Under the pieces are notes generated by a model. It did not search any database and was not told where the DNA came from. It saw nothing but the letters and a program-made list of their open reading frames with translations. A DNA stretch of 64,000 nucleotides from Klebsormidium nitens (lineage: Eukaryota > Plantae > Klebsormidiophyceae). Made by a program: the position numbers and the translations under genes. The stretch's first letter is position 1, and each line of letters opens with the position of its first letter. Below are positions 24,166-37,043 of the stretch, piece after piece. The stretch spans positions 310,001 through 374,000 of the forward strand of contig DF236956.1 in the NCBI GenBank assembly GCA_000708835.1, written 5' to 3'.

Positions 24166-26563
24166 GGTGGACGAGCGGTACCATGGAAGGAACAATCAAA
24201 GTGAAGGACTTCACCCAATAGAACTCGTGAATATTCACCGCTTAGGGAATAGCCGCTACAGATCGACATATGAAGGGCAGCCTTCAGAAATGACTCTGCA
24301 TATCTAGCTAGCAAGGACGTGAATTGTTAAGGAAGCGCGCATAGCCTGTACGGTAGATCAAGCCCCATGGTATGCTTAGATTTACCTGCGGGATCTAGGC
24401 ACGCGCTGTACGAAGCCTGTAATGGACAGGTTGATATGTAGTGTCTTCAAGCTGATGTAACCAATCAGCTCGGGCAGCCATTCGAATCTAAATGCAGGAT
24501 CTGTCTGGCCCGCGGGTCCGGCGCGCCGGCCATCCGATCTTGACATGATGATTTGGACTTGTATACACGTACACGCAGGACAGTAGCATCTCACAGCGGG
24601 CCGGGCCGCCTCTAGGTCACTTAGTTTTTGGAGGCTGAGCGAATTCCAATCGAGAACTTTGAAATGCTCATGGTACTACGCCTCGACGCTCACGTAGGTC
24701 CAGTGGGATCTGTGCGTACCACGCCTAGGCCAGTGACGTGACGCGGCGAAAGTGTGGCGAATTCCATATGGAGATATTGACGATCGAGATAATTCACCGA
24801 CGGCGCACCCTTATTATAGTATCCAATTTATCATCAGTCCCTTATGAATTGTTGCGCGGAAACTTCGGAGCTAGCTATAGGATCGCCGGGACTGCATGAA
24901 TATCCGGCTACTATGGCAATGCACAAGGCTGCGATCGTGCCCGGCCCGGGCCCGGCGTCCCATATGTGAGCCGAGTCGCACATGCCTTTGAAGTTTCCAT
25001 CAAGTAGTCACACATGCTGTACGTTTATGAATAATGATCGTGGCGAAATTGTTTTTGAAAATCACACGCAAACATGCACTAAGGTTGCGCGTCGACCGAA
25101 AACCTACCACCCCCCCCTCTTATGTTGTCAGATCACGTGGTTCAGAAAACCTTGGTTTCGGCAGAGGTTTGGAGCAAACCCTTCAGATCGCCCTATATCA
25201 CCCAATTATGCACCAAAATGCTCAATCCAAAGCAAGTGGGCAATGGCCATGTGTGGTGGCAATTGCCGACAAGGCTTCTTTGAGCAGAAAAGATGCAAAT
25301 TTGATAAATGTAGGCGACACAATCACTTCAGTGTAGCAAACCTCTTATAAACCCAGATTCATGGAAAGCAGGCCTCCGATTGGCTGAAGAACCTGGGATG
25401 ACCTCGGAGGTTTTCGTTCGACGCGCAACCTAATTGCTGACACGTAAGTTCACCCTAATTGGCGAAATTGGCGAAATTGTCTGTACGCAATAATGCAACT
25501 TCGCGGGCGCCTCAGTCTATTACATGGTGCCAAAATAGGTATTGGTCTCACTGCAACCCATTGAATTACCAGTTGCGTCCAAGGCCTTCTGCTCATAAGA
25601 GGGCAAAAGTAACTGCTAACTGGACCCAAAATCCGATTGACACCGGCAGTTTACTAACGCCCGGGCGCCGCCGCGCGGCCGCGCTAAATTTAATTCGCCA
25701 GCTTGCGCAAACTTCTTCAATTTTGCGCGAATATGCGCGAACTAATGCGCAATCCTAATTGGCGAAATCATGATCAGGTTTCGCCCGGAGGCCACGAACA
25801 ATGAAATTTATGAAGGCAGTCGGACGGTTCAGTTCGGTCACGCGCGTATAGGTATGTCTTCGATCAGAAATTGACCGTGCAACACATGTCCTGTACTAAC
25901 ACGTATTCTTTGTACACTCTAAAAACAGGAAAGTCGAAATGACAACGAGCCCAGCATAACTGGGGACGACCGGAGCATGCGGAGTATTGAACGTGATACT
26001 AAACGTGCCACAGTTTTGAGTTTTGCCTGAACTTGGTTGCGTATTAATGCAATTTGCATCATGCATGTGAACGTGCGCAACTTCGTCGCAATTCCATGTA
26101 TAGGACGGAGACCGGCCGGACGCCGCTAACGCTGACGGAATCAACCAGATGGCCTGATTGAACCGACTGATATTGCTCCAAGTGCAGCCTAAATCATATA
26201 GTCTTCGTACTAGGGCGTAGAAGAGCCTCTGACAAATCTAGGTCCTACAACGCAAGTATGTTACCGCTTGCAAACGACATTACTTGGACCCGTTTCACAA
26301 ATAGAATCAACCTTTGCTTTCGGTACCACGACTTACGTTATCGACTCGGAGTCCTCTACTAGTCCAACGTGGAATCAGCAAATAATTGTAGGTAATATTG
26401 GCTCCTCTTTTGTAGTTTAAAAACACTATCCGCAACACAAACAAGCCTACACGGCAGATCGCCCATTAACTGAAATCCACTGTTGCAACGGTCCAAACAA
26501 CGATCAAAGCGTTCAGTCATATCAGCGTCGAAAGCAGCATGACCCGGTTACCGAGACCTTCTT

Positions 26564-29500
26564 TTATCTCGCGGTGAGAAACCTGTACGCCCCTGAAGAG
26601 AAACCGGACGAGCTCCCAGTATCCCACCCGGCCATCGACCTACCGGGGTCTCCTCTCGTCAGCCCACTCAACACATCGTGCGGGCTCTCGCTGCCCACTT
26701 CACTCCCCCGGGGCTCCGCCCCGCGCGTCCGGAGCCGAATGCCGACCTGCTCCACGAAACTTCAATTTAAGTATTGTAAGCCTTAGGTAAAATAAGATAA
26801 CTAGCCTGAGACGAGATGGGGGTTTAGGGTGGGTACAGGTGCAGAGCGGGTGATTTTGAGGGTTAGGTTTTTGGTGTTAGGGTAGGTGCTTCCAAAACCG
26901 AGGGCTTACTTGACACATCTAATGAGAAACATACCTGCTCCATCGTCGGTCGGTGCGAGGGATCCCTCTGCAGGCACTGCAACGCAATCTGGATGCAGCA
27001 CTCGGCCTCGGAAACGTCGAACGCGTCCCAGACCGCGGGGTCGATCATCTCTAGCGCTTTCTGCTCGCGCACCAGGGACGCCGCGAGCTCGACGAGGGGG
27101 ATGTCCCTCCCCCCCCTTTCGAAACGCGCAGTCACCGGACGGCCCGTGACTAACTCCAGAACGACGACCCCGAAACTGTAGACGTCGCACTTTGGGGAGA
27201 GGCAGCGGTAGCCCCCCTGCATGTATTCCGGCGCCATATACGGCAGCGTGCCTTTCACTGCGGACGACGTGTCACCTCCCGATTCGTCGTCCTGCAGCAG
27301 GGGCAGCAAACCCGGGCTGTTAACCACGCAGATAAGTAACGTCTCGCAGCGGGTTAAGCTTCTCATGACGCATCCTGTGACGGACAGCAAACCCGGGCTG
27401 TTAACCACGAGAAAGGTTACGACTCGCAGCGGGTTAAGCTTCTCATGACGCATCCTGTGACGGACGGCAATAACCACGCGGAAGGCCCACGTTGCTTTAC
27501 GTCTCGCAGCGGGTTAAGCGTCTCCGTGACGCATCGTGTGACGGACGAGTGATCCCTGGACTGCGGTCTGCAGAAAGTGCAGGAAAACACAGGCTTTCTT
27601 TTCAGGTTAGTTGCCCTCGACGAGAATGCCTCAGTTGGATCCGTTTGCACTCTGCCATTTCCTCCGTGGTTTGATTCAGAGATGTTTACAGTCGCCCGCA
27701 TCTTTCTTGCACGCCTGGCTTGTCAATCCTAGACTTACTGAAACAAAATCCGACGCTGGCATCTCTTCTTGGCTCGAATCAGATTGGCTCTGAGAAGCTT
27801 GCTTTCGGTCGTTGCGAGCGGTCCCTCGTGGGCATCCGGTGCCTTACGAAGCATTCCATTGAGGCCACCAACCGAAAGTTTGCAAACCCATCTTCCGAAA
27901 GAACGCAAAAGTCTAGACCATGATGGTTAACAGAAACAAATTCTTTTTCACAGGAAGTTTTGACTACTAACCAGGCTAACTACCGGACTTGACGCTCGGG
28001 TTGTTGGATAGTTAAGCGGGCTTTGACCTTGTTCAGGGGCTCGTGAACGCCCGAGTCTGGTTACCGGACAGATAACCAGTTTCTAACCAGCCCAGAACCG
28101 TCCTTGTTTGAGGGCCCAAAACTCCTACGTTCACAATTAACCGTACCTGCATAAGCCGCGCCAGTCCAAAGTCCGCGATGCACGCGCCCTTGGTCCCCCC
28201 CCGGAGGAGAATGTTCGCCGCTTTTATGTCCCGGTGGATCAGGGGGGGGTGAATGTCATGGTGCATGTAGGTCAGCCCGCGGCAGACCCCCTCGATGACG
28301 GCCATACGTTCCGCCCACGAAAGGAAGGCGACCTTCCCCTGGGAAGCGTAATGCAATCGGGCGCCGAGGGATCCCTCCGGGAAGAACTCGAGCACGAGGA
28401 GCCGCTCGCCGTCGTCAACGCAGGAGCCCAGAAGGCGGACCAGGTTCTTGTGGCGCACCTGGAGTTTTAACAGTCCTCTCAATTTTGGGGTCGAATGAAG
28501 TTCTTCGGATGAAAACTCGGAAATGAAAGTCCCATGATGCAAGAGCTTGAAGGGCTTTAGGAACGTGTTCGTCCGTCGTCCCAAGCGATTCCTTTTCTGT
28601 GCAACGTCCAAACGGCGCAGAGGCCCGCGGATCGTTAATTGAAGCAGACCTTGCAAAACGGTTTCGGATGCAATGTCCGTGCTAAGTTCGCCTTGGAAAG
28701 GACGTCGCGGTCTTCCTTTCCAAAAATGCCGATGCTTGTTTTTGCATCACGTGGCTTTTTGCGGTACGCCAAGCTGCGACTTCTGAGTAGGCCCAAAGGG
28801 CAAGAAACGTACAAAGACGGGCCAGGAAATATCCGGATTGAACGGAAACCAACGAGGTAGGAGACGAAAAGGGACCAAGGGACGACCGACGAAGCAGTTT
28901 GGGACTTGAGGAGAAGAAATTACAGGACTTATCCTGAACGGAAGGCACCAAAAACTCGTTTGGAAAACGACGCACACAACAATAAGACAATAGAAGAACA
29001 CTCAACAGGTTGCTGATAAGGAATAACGAGCGACACAGTACGGACATGAGTTTCTCAAAACCACACACCCCTTGAGGAAGACTGAAGACTCGCTTGGTGG
29101 TATTGATAAACACAGCAGATTCAAAAACTCCTCCTTCTGAATTATCGGTTCAAGTCCGTCCATAGAAGTCGGGGAGTTTTAGATTTATAGGACACACCTG
29201 CGCGTCGACAAGGCCGATCAAAATATGGTACAAAAAGTCCGACATCTTCGCTGCTCTTTCTAGAAGTCTCGAATGGAGGTAAAACCAATGCACCTCGCTG
29301 AGAGTCGCCAGGNNNNNNNNNNNNNNNNNNNNNNNNNNNNNNNNNNNNNNNNNNNNNNNNNNNNNNNNNNNNNNNNNNNNNNNNNNNNNNNNNNNNNNNN
29401 NNNNNNNNNNNNNNNNNNNNNNNNNNNNNNNNNNNNNNNNNNNNNNNNNNNNNNNNNNNNNNNNNNNNNNNNNNNNNNNNNNNNNNNNNNNNNNNNNNNN

Positions 29501-32500
29501 NNNNNNNNNNNNNNNNNNNNNNNNNNNNNNNNNNNNNNNNNNNNNNNNNNNNNNNNNNNNNNNNNNNNNNNNNNNNNNNNNNNNNNNNNNNNNNNNNNNN
29601 NNNNNNNNNNNNNNNNNNNNNNNNNNNNNNNNNNNNNNNNNNNNNNNNNNNNNNNNNNNNNNNNNNNNNNNNNNNNNNNNNNNNNNNNNNNNNNNNNNNN
29701 NNNNNNNNNNNNNNNNNNNNNNNNNNNNNNNNNNNNNNNNNNNNNNNNNNNNNNNNNNTCCGCGCGCCATGACTGCTCCTCGAGGTCCCCCCGGGTGCGC
29801 CGCCGCTGGTCCAGTCGTTTCACCGCCACCACCGACCAGTCATCCAGCGTTGCTCGGTACACCGTCCCGAAGGAGCCGCTTCCCACGACGTTGGCCTGGG
29901 CCCCTAACGACACAGGAAAAAGACACGTTAACCAAGCTTGGTTTGGGGTTGGTTAAGTGCCCTGTAACCAAGCGAAGCTTGACCGCCACCACCAACCGGT
30001 CACTCAGCACCGCCCGGTACACCGTCCCAAAGGAGCCGCTTCCCACGACGTTGGCCTGGGCCCCTAACCACACAGGAAAAAAATAGGCGTTAACCAAGCT
30101 TGGTTTGGGGTTGGTTAAGTGCCCTGTTACCAAGCGAAGCTTCACCGCCACCACCGACGCGTCACTCAGCACCGTCCGGTAGACCGTCCCAAAGAAGCCG
30201 CTTCCCACGACATTGGCCGGGGCCCCTAACCACACAGGAAAAAACCGGCGTTAACCGTTAGCTTGGTTTGGGGTTGGTTAAGTGCCCTGTTACCAAAGGA
30301 AGCTTCACCGCCACCACCGACCAATCACTCAGCTCCGCCCGGTACACCGTTTCAAAGGAGCCGCTTCCCACCACGTTGGCCGGGGACCCTACATTTTTTA
30401 GAGATATCTTGAAGACATAAATCAAAATATAACAATCAAAAATACAATAAAAAGGACAAACAGAGCACCAAAGTAACCCTACCCATCCCAGTGCGGTTAA
30501 CTTGTTATCATCTCGGCATATCATTATCTTTTTTTAAGCAATGGGGTCCCTACCCACACACGTACACGTCAGGAAGAGATTGGCATTGACCGGGCTTAGT
30601 TTGGGGTTGATGAAGGGGCCTGATGTGGTTCAACCACTTCAATTTTACGACCAATCGTGGTTAAGGCCGAAAGCTTTCAAAACGGGATACGTCAAGGATC
30701 CAAATTAATAGCCGGGTAGGCTTCTGGAGGTAAAGCCAACAATCAAACCTCAAGTCTAAGCCCAGATGGACAGATCATCAGAATCGATTCAGCTCTCGTT
30801 GAATTCAAAGGAGAAGATGAACAATGCAATCGACCACAAGCGACATTGTGGCACGCTTCTTGTAAGGCTCGTTTTCGGCCACAGAAGAACGGAAACCGAA
30901 ACGGAAACGGAATCAAGAAACGGAATGTCAGGACGCACATCCACCGGTCGCCGCTCTGAGCTCCGCCAGAGTGAAGGCGTGGTTCCAGTAGGCGGAGCCT
31001 GGGCGGCGGGAGGCCCCGCTGCCCGCAGAGGAATGCATTGGCAGAGACATTTCCTTGGCAGAGAAGTCTCCTGCGCTCATAGGCGGGGGCCGCTTATGCC
31101 TCCGGTATAAGATGCACCCGACGATGATGCCGATAAGCGCCGCGCAGATCGCCCCCGCGGCGGCACCGGCTATGATTCCGACCGGGGAGCTGGAGGATTC
31201 GGGCGGCGGGGCAGAGTTTCCGGGCGGGGGGGAGACGAAAGGCGGGTTTGGCGGGGGGGGGATGTACTCCGGGGGGGAATTGTACTCGAGGGGCTGTTAG
31301 CGGGGGGACTGCTTGTCGACGTGACGCTGAGACCAGTGTTACCCGGTAGTACGTTGTCGGATCCGAAGCGGGCCAGGAACCCGGAGGATATCGTCCCGGT
31401 CAGGTTGTTGCGAAAGAGCGTGAGCGTTTTCAGCCCCAGGGGGTTTGCTAGTTCTGGCGGAACCGGGCCCGTGAGATGGTTTTGGCTGAGTAGCAGAGCG
31501 GACAGATCGGCGAGGTTGCCTAGTTGGGGGGGTATAGGGCCTGACAGGTTGTTGTTCAACAGGTAAAGCTCATTAAGGCTGGTTAGCTGTGCGAGTTGTG
31601 GGGGGATGGGGCCGGACAATTGGTTATTCCCCAGAGAGAGGGTTAACAGGTTGGTTAGCGCGCCCAACTCGGCAGGGATGGAGCCCGATATGTTGTTTCG
31701 CTCGAGAACCAGGTACTGCAGATTGGTTAGCTGACCGAGGGTTGGGGGAATTGGGCCCGACAAGGAGTTGTTGTTTAGGAAGATGCTCGTTAACCGGGTT
31801 GTGGAACCCAACTCTGGTGGGATGCTGCCGGATAGGCTGTTGTTCCACAAAAACAAGTTGGTTAAGCTGACCATGTTCCCTAGCGCTGCAGGAATCGGCC
31901 CTGAGAGCTGGTTGTTTTGCAGCGCAAGAGCCGTGAGCTGGGTGAGCGAGACAAACTCCGGAGGGATCCCCCCGCTCAGTTGGTTAAACTGCAATCCCAT
32001 GACGGTCAACTGCAACAGGTTTGCAAGTTCGACTGGGACAGGCCCCGTCAGGTTGTTTTCATACAGTTCCAGGTCGAGTAAGCTGCTCATTCCCGCCAAA
32101 GCCGCCGGAATAGAGCCGTTCAGCCGGTTTCTTCCCAAGTTTAGCACTGTGAGGCTGGTCAGGTTTCCGAGGTTGGGGGGGATGGGTCCCGAGAGTCGGT
32201 TCCCATTAAGATTCAGCTTTTGGAGCTTAATTAACCCGCCTACCTCTGAGGGCAAACCCCCGGTCAGATTGTTATACCCCAGGTTCAGTTCCGTAAGGTT
32301 GCCCAGCTTACCGATCTCGGGAGGGATCCCTCCCGAAAGGTTATAACGGCAGATCCATAGGACGGTGAGGTTTGTCAGATTGCCAATCTCGGGGGGAATG
32401 GGTCCTGAGAGGGAGGGAAGGGGGGGGGGTCCAAATGGGGAGCAGATGTTGAGGGCGGTTTGACTGGCTAGGGGGCCCACTGTCAGGCGCTGTAAATCGT

Positions 32501-32591
32501 CGAGGGTGAACGAGGCAACATGGGCTTGCTTGTTGCAGAGAACTAATGTCAGAAACAGAAGGCTGAAAGCTGCCCATTGTCGTGAACCCAT
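26564..32591 (-). CDS. LRR receptor-like Ser/Thr kinase (RLK/Pelle, RD type); exons about 32591-30939 (contains an apparent 1-nt frameshift near 31260-31300), 29903-into gap, 28458-28147, 27291-26935, 26746-26564
   Basis: Signal peptide MGSRQWAAFSLLFLTLVLC, 14 plant-type 24-aa LRRs (LSGPIPPxLGxLxxLxxLxLxxNx), Pro-rich stalk, TM (IIAGAAAGAICAALIGIIVGCILY-RRHKR), then FTLAELRAATGG, GSGSFGTVY, VAVK, HKNLVRLLG, HRDIKAANILL, DFGLARL, GTLPYMAPEY, DVYSFGVVVLELVTG, RPTMEQV. Confidence 0.88.
27304..27547. repeat. Intronic tandem repeat, about 80-bp unit x3, next to the acceptor of the kinase activation-loop exon
   Basis: TCGCAGCGGGTTAAGC at 27344, 27424, 27504; CAGCAAACCCGGGCTGTTAACCACG at 27304 and 27385. 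Confidence 0.85.
29313..29758. other. Assembly gap (N run) inside the RLK gene
   Basis: 446 N bases; truncates the kinase subdomain II-III exon. Confidence 1.
29820..30395 (-). repeat. Four tandem 160-163-bp units, each with a 3' splice acceptor plus kinase subdomain I-II coding sequence (three intronic copies and the real exon)
   Basis: Exon-start positions 30388, 30225, 30063 and 29903 all read (A/P)(Q/P)ANVVGSG(S/F)F(G/E)TVYR..L.D..VVAVK. Only the 29903 copy continues into RLDQRRR. Confidence 0.9.
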
Positions 32592-35500
32592 GTTGATAGG
32601 CATATGTGTTGTCAAGGGAAGGGACTGGACTGGAACTCTTTTTGTACCTGCATTGAAGCAAGTAGAACTGAGGGTCGGAAGAACAGCTGACATATCCAGA
32701 TTCTGTTGGACGCAAAGTGGACTACATTTTTCGCGGTAAAACAGCAAGTACAGGTGATGTTGTGAGATAGATTTCACCAGAATTGCAGAAAGTTTGACCT
32801 ATCTGCACATCAACAGTTGCCCCCAAAAGCCTCAGAGATATCCAAACCTCACTTCACAAAACAAACAAGAAAAAGGCAGACAGTCTATAACCTGCTGTAA
32901 GTTGGGCCATAAGCCACTTTCAAAAGGTTTTGCTGAATTGCAAGTTGCCACAGCATTCATGCCAGAAGCCATGTCAATGTAGGGCCTCCACTTTGAGAAG
33001 AGCCTTCATTGAATAATGAATGCAAAACTGGAAGTATTTGAAGACTCTCACTGACCAATGTCGTCATCTCTCAAAGGGCAACCAACCAGTGTCTTAGCTT
33101 CTGCGAAGCACAAGCCAAGCAATTGGCACAAACCCTGCATATGGATGTAAGCCGCTACAAAGGAATTGTGGATGAGACTGGACCAAAACAAAAAGGTGGC
33201 AAGAGGCACCCCTCAAGCAGCCAAATCTGAGGGCACTTTACACGGGCCGGGAGCATCCAAACTAGCTTCTCAATCTCACAGAAGCCTCTTTTATATTCTA
33301 TATTCTTGATGTTTTTGAAGAACGGCCTCCTTCACAACATGTCCAATGGTTTGAAAAAATAAAATGGGAGGATTAGTACCCAACAACAACATGGTTACCG
33401 GCCTTTGAGGAGACAGAATCTGATGACATTGCAATAATGACATGCTTGTCTCACAGAGGCAAATCAGATCAACAACCCAATAAAGCCAACTAGATGCGGG
33501 GTGACCAAAGAAGTTGGTGATTGAACGCTACTGGTTCACGTTACCAGCTAGCCATAGCGACTGCAAGCCATTCTAAGCAGCTTTGTGGCAAATCTTAAGC
33601 AATTCACCAAGGATCTTAGAGATTCATTAATCTGACGAGTACAAACCCTTCTCACCTTGCAACGACGTTGTGGAGCGGACCTCTGTTACCAAGTCTTATT
33701 GCCGGTATATATCTTCCCCCCTCCTTCGGCGTCTTTCTCATGGAGCGTGCATTGCAACCTATTAGCAGGCAACCAACGTTCTTTGTCTTCTCTCCCCAGC
33801 GGCTACTATCAAGAGCGAACTCATCCCTCGAAGAAGCCCTTGAAGGTTGTCAGTCTAGCAGTTGTTGCGTGTACCAACTCCAACTGCAGGTTCTTGCTTA
33901 GCACAAAGCCGCCACAACTGATGAACATTGGTATCTCTGTTGCATGACAGGTCCACTTAGCGCTCATTTTATAGCTTCCACCAAATCTGGCCCAGCAGCG
34001 AAGGTGCCGGATGCATCCGCCATTATGCAAGTCCAAGTCACACTAGACAGTAATGGACTGAAGCAGACTGAGAGGGATCCCGTCACCGCTTCCAAGGCCG
34101 CGCAATGTTTTCCGGAATCCGTACTACGATCGAGGCCGTTCGTAGAGTCGTAGTCGCCGATCTCATCGTACGGATGTCGTCATAGTTTGTTCGAGTCGTT
34201 GACCGGCAAGCGCGCGCGCACTGATTCTTGTCCAGCGGCCCTGGTTAGGATAAGCGACGGTTTGAATGCGAAACCGCATGACCTTCAGTGCAAGGGCTCT
34301 AATTCGAGGATTTTTATAGAAGTAAACTTGCTTTGTAAGGTCTGATTTACAAGGAACTCGAAGACGTGGGGTGACCTAGTAAGAAAGTGAGGGTGGGCAA
34401 GCCATTAATCGTGATTGGGGTTTTAGGGGGGTTTTAGTGTTGGTTAAGCAGGAAACTCTTCAATTAGTTTATCACCCTGTAAGTTTAATGGTACCACCAC
34501 GCACCAGCTAGTTGGAGAAAGGAATGTTACAGTATACAGTAGTACTGTATGTGTGATGTACCTACGGTAGTGCAATACCGCAGATATGTAATCATAAACT
34601 TCAATAGTAATAAGGAACTTATGGGGCAGGGGTACGGGTAGGGTTAGTTTACCGTAGTGTACAGATGTTGCAACGTTGCAGAGCCTTGCGCCATTGCATC
34701 TCCAACAACGTCATCGTGAGATCAGCGGATCCAATCCAATCTTCTGCACCAAGTACTGGGCTTATACAGCCTAAGTTGGTACCAACACCTAGTAGTCTAT
34801 GTAGCCTGGAGGACCTAGGCTACACCAAAATCCCAAGGCTCATGTCAGATAACCTATTCAACAGTAGCAGCACTCCGCATGCAGGCTAGCGGTACAACTT
34901 AGTCCAGCTCAGGTCCCGTGCAATCATAAATGTACCCACGTTCAGATCTGTCCGGAATCTGGATTGCAGAATCTACCTATCCTGACGTGTCAGCCAGGAC
35001 ATCGTTTCAGCAAACTTGCGGCTACCATACCTTAGTCTAGTAGCCGCCAGCTTCTCGAGAAGCTGGGCGACCTCCGGGCGTGTGTGGCAGCTTCCGCCGC
35101 GCCCTTAATAGGGCTTGGCTGATGGTTCAGGTTTGAAGTCAGCAGATCCAGATGCCTCAAGAAACGCAGAACGTTGTGTACCAGACATGTGCAGCATGTA
35201 CTGATTCATTTGTGGCGCTCGATCAACTCAGCACTGACAAAGTTGAGCGGACCCTTTCGGCGGGCTGTGATGAGATGATGGTTACAGAACGTGATATTGG
35301 TGTCAGCGTCTCCAATTCCGCGCTCAGCCCACTTGATAGGAAGGCATATGACCCTCTCTTGGTGACTCAATTCGGTTGGAGTCTGCAGGAATGATTTCCA
35401 ATCTTAGAAGTGGATCTCCCTAGTCTTAAGACCTAAGTGCCTGAGTGCTCTTTCTACTGCTAGGCGAGGCTTGCAAATCGAGCCTCCGAGCAAGGGTGAA

Positions 35501-37043
35501 TGATATAACAGTTCTCAGGCAAATTTTGCCCTTAGCTGAGTCTCGTTAAGAGGACTCTGCTCATGAACATGTGGTCCGTAGGGAGAGGGAAGCACTAATC
35601 TGACAAGTTCGGATCCACTCGTGCGGCAGTGTAATGGGGCCTTCAGAATAATGGGCAGATCTGTTGGTCTGAGTGAAGCGCCGCTAAGGCCCGAGAGAAA
35701 CGCCTGTCGCTAATCAAGTGACTAAGGTTCGGGTCAGGCATAAGGGGATTGGAATACCAGAGCAACTGGTGTACCAGATCAGATGCTGTGACCAGGCAAG
35801 AGAAGCAAGCAATCTGAAGGCTAATCTGGGAAGAGATTTGCAAGAGGTTTGCGAGGGTAGCCATACCTGGGTTGGGGCTCTCTTCTGCTCCACGATTCGT
35901 AGCTAGCGCCAAGACTGAAGTGAGTGCCACAAACCCTATCCCAGGAACAGCTGCACTGGAGAACCAGACCAGTTTTCGATCACAAATACAGACCGTATAC
36001 TTTTCTCAAGGCTTGCAAAACTGGGGCTGCTGAGGCGCCTCCGACCAGTGTAGCTACGTTCAAAAGTGACCTAGTCCTAACAATCCCGCAAGAGCCCACT
36101 GGATAGGATTCGGTAGGGACAATCCTCAACCGGTCTCCTGCTCTTGCGCCCCTCTCCTTCAACCCAGAATATAGACTCATTGCTGCATGCTCCTCTTCTC
36201 GCCAGCCGTTCAAGAAGCTCATGGCGGCAAACTCTGCCTTCCTGCAGCATTTGGAATCTGGGCTCCCAAGCTCGACTCATAATCAGGTCTTGTGATGGAC
36301 GTTGCATCCTGTGGCGCATTGGACGACTTGGGGCGACGCTGGGGGCCTTGCCGCAGCTTCTTTTGGAAGTGAAGGTAAGCGCGACCGTTTGGCGCTTCAA
36401 ACGGGATTAGTGTCAACAACAGTGGGTTTTGTTGATGGAGCTCAGGAAGCTGGAATGAGGAGGTTTGATAGTAGACGCCTTCCGGAACCAGGAAAGGAGT
36501 TGGATGATGGGACGGCACGCAACTCTGGGTATGGCCTCAGCAGGCAGGAGTGCTACCACTTTCGAAGGAGAAGATTTCAAGTGCCACCTCGCCAACGACA
36601 GGCTTTGAGCGATTGCAGCTTCAGGGGCTTGTAAGGCCAACACGCATTCGCCGAATTCTGTATAGCGTACAGAGTTGCGGTTCTTATTTGGAGTGACAAA
36701 TTTGGTGGGGTTGCGCTGCCTTTGGTCGTCAAGAGCAGGGAAAACGTCCCTGGAAGTGACGTCAAGGATGTGTTGCGCAATCTGATGAGATCTGCCGAAA
36801 AGTCAGTCAGCGGTGCCGGCAGAAACATCTACAGCTGTCAACTTACAGCTGTTGCTTCAATCCAAGTGGTCAAGGAACGTCAATCAGGACAAGTTAGTTG
36901 GCCAGCACATCGAGCAGAGGCGCTCAAAGCCGGCCTGGTCACATGAGCGGGTCGAGCAGAACTTTCTGAGTTGGTCCGCCGCTTAAGAGACTTGGTCGGA
37001 GAAGCGTTTCAGCTGTCAGAGTATGCACGCCTTTGGCTTTTAG

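Noticed and set aside
24580-25830. GC-rich palindromic patches and AATTGGCGAA repeats suggesting another MITE
   Set aside because: No matching TIR pair or TSD found.
34520-34545. Short hairpin ATACAGTA-G-TACTGTAT as a possible Helitron end
   Set aside because: No CTRR terminus or other Helitron evidence; expected by chance.
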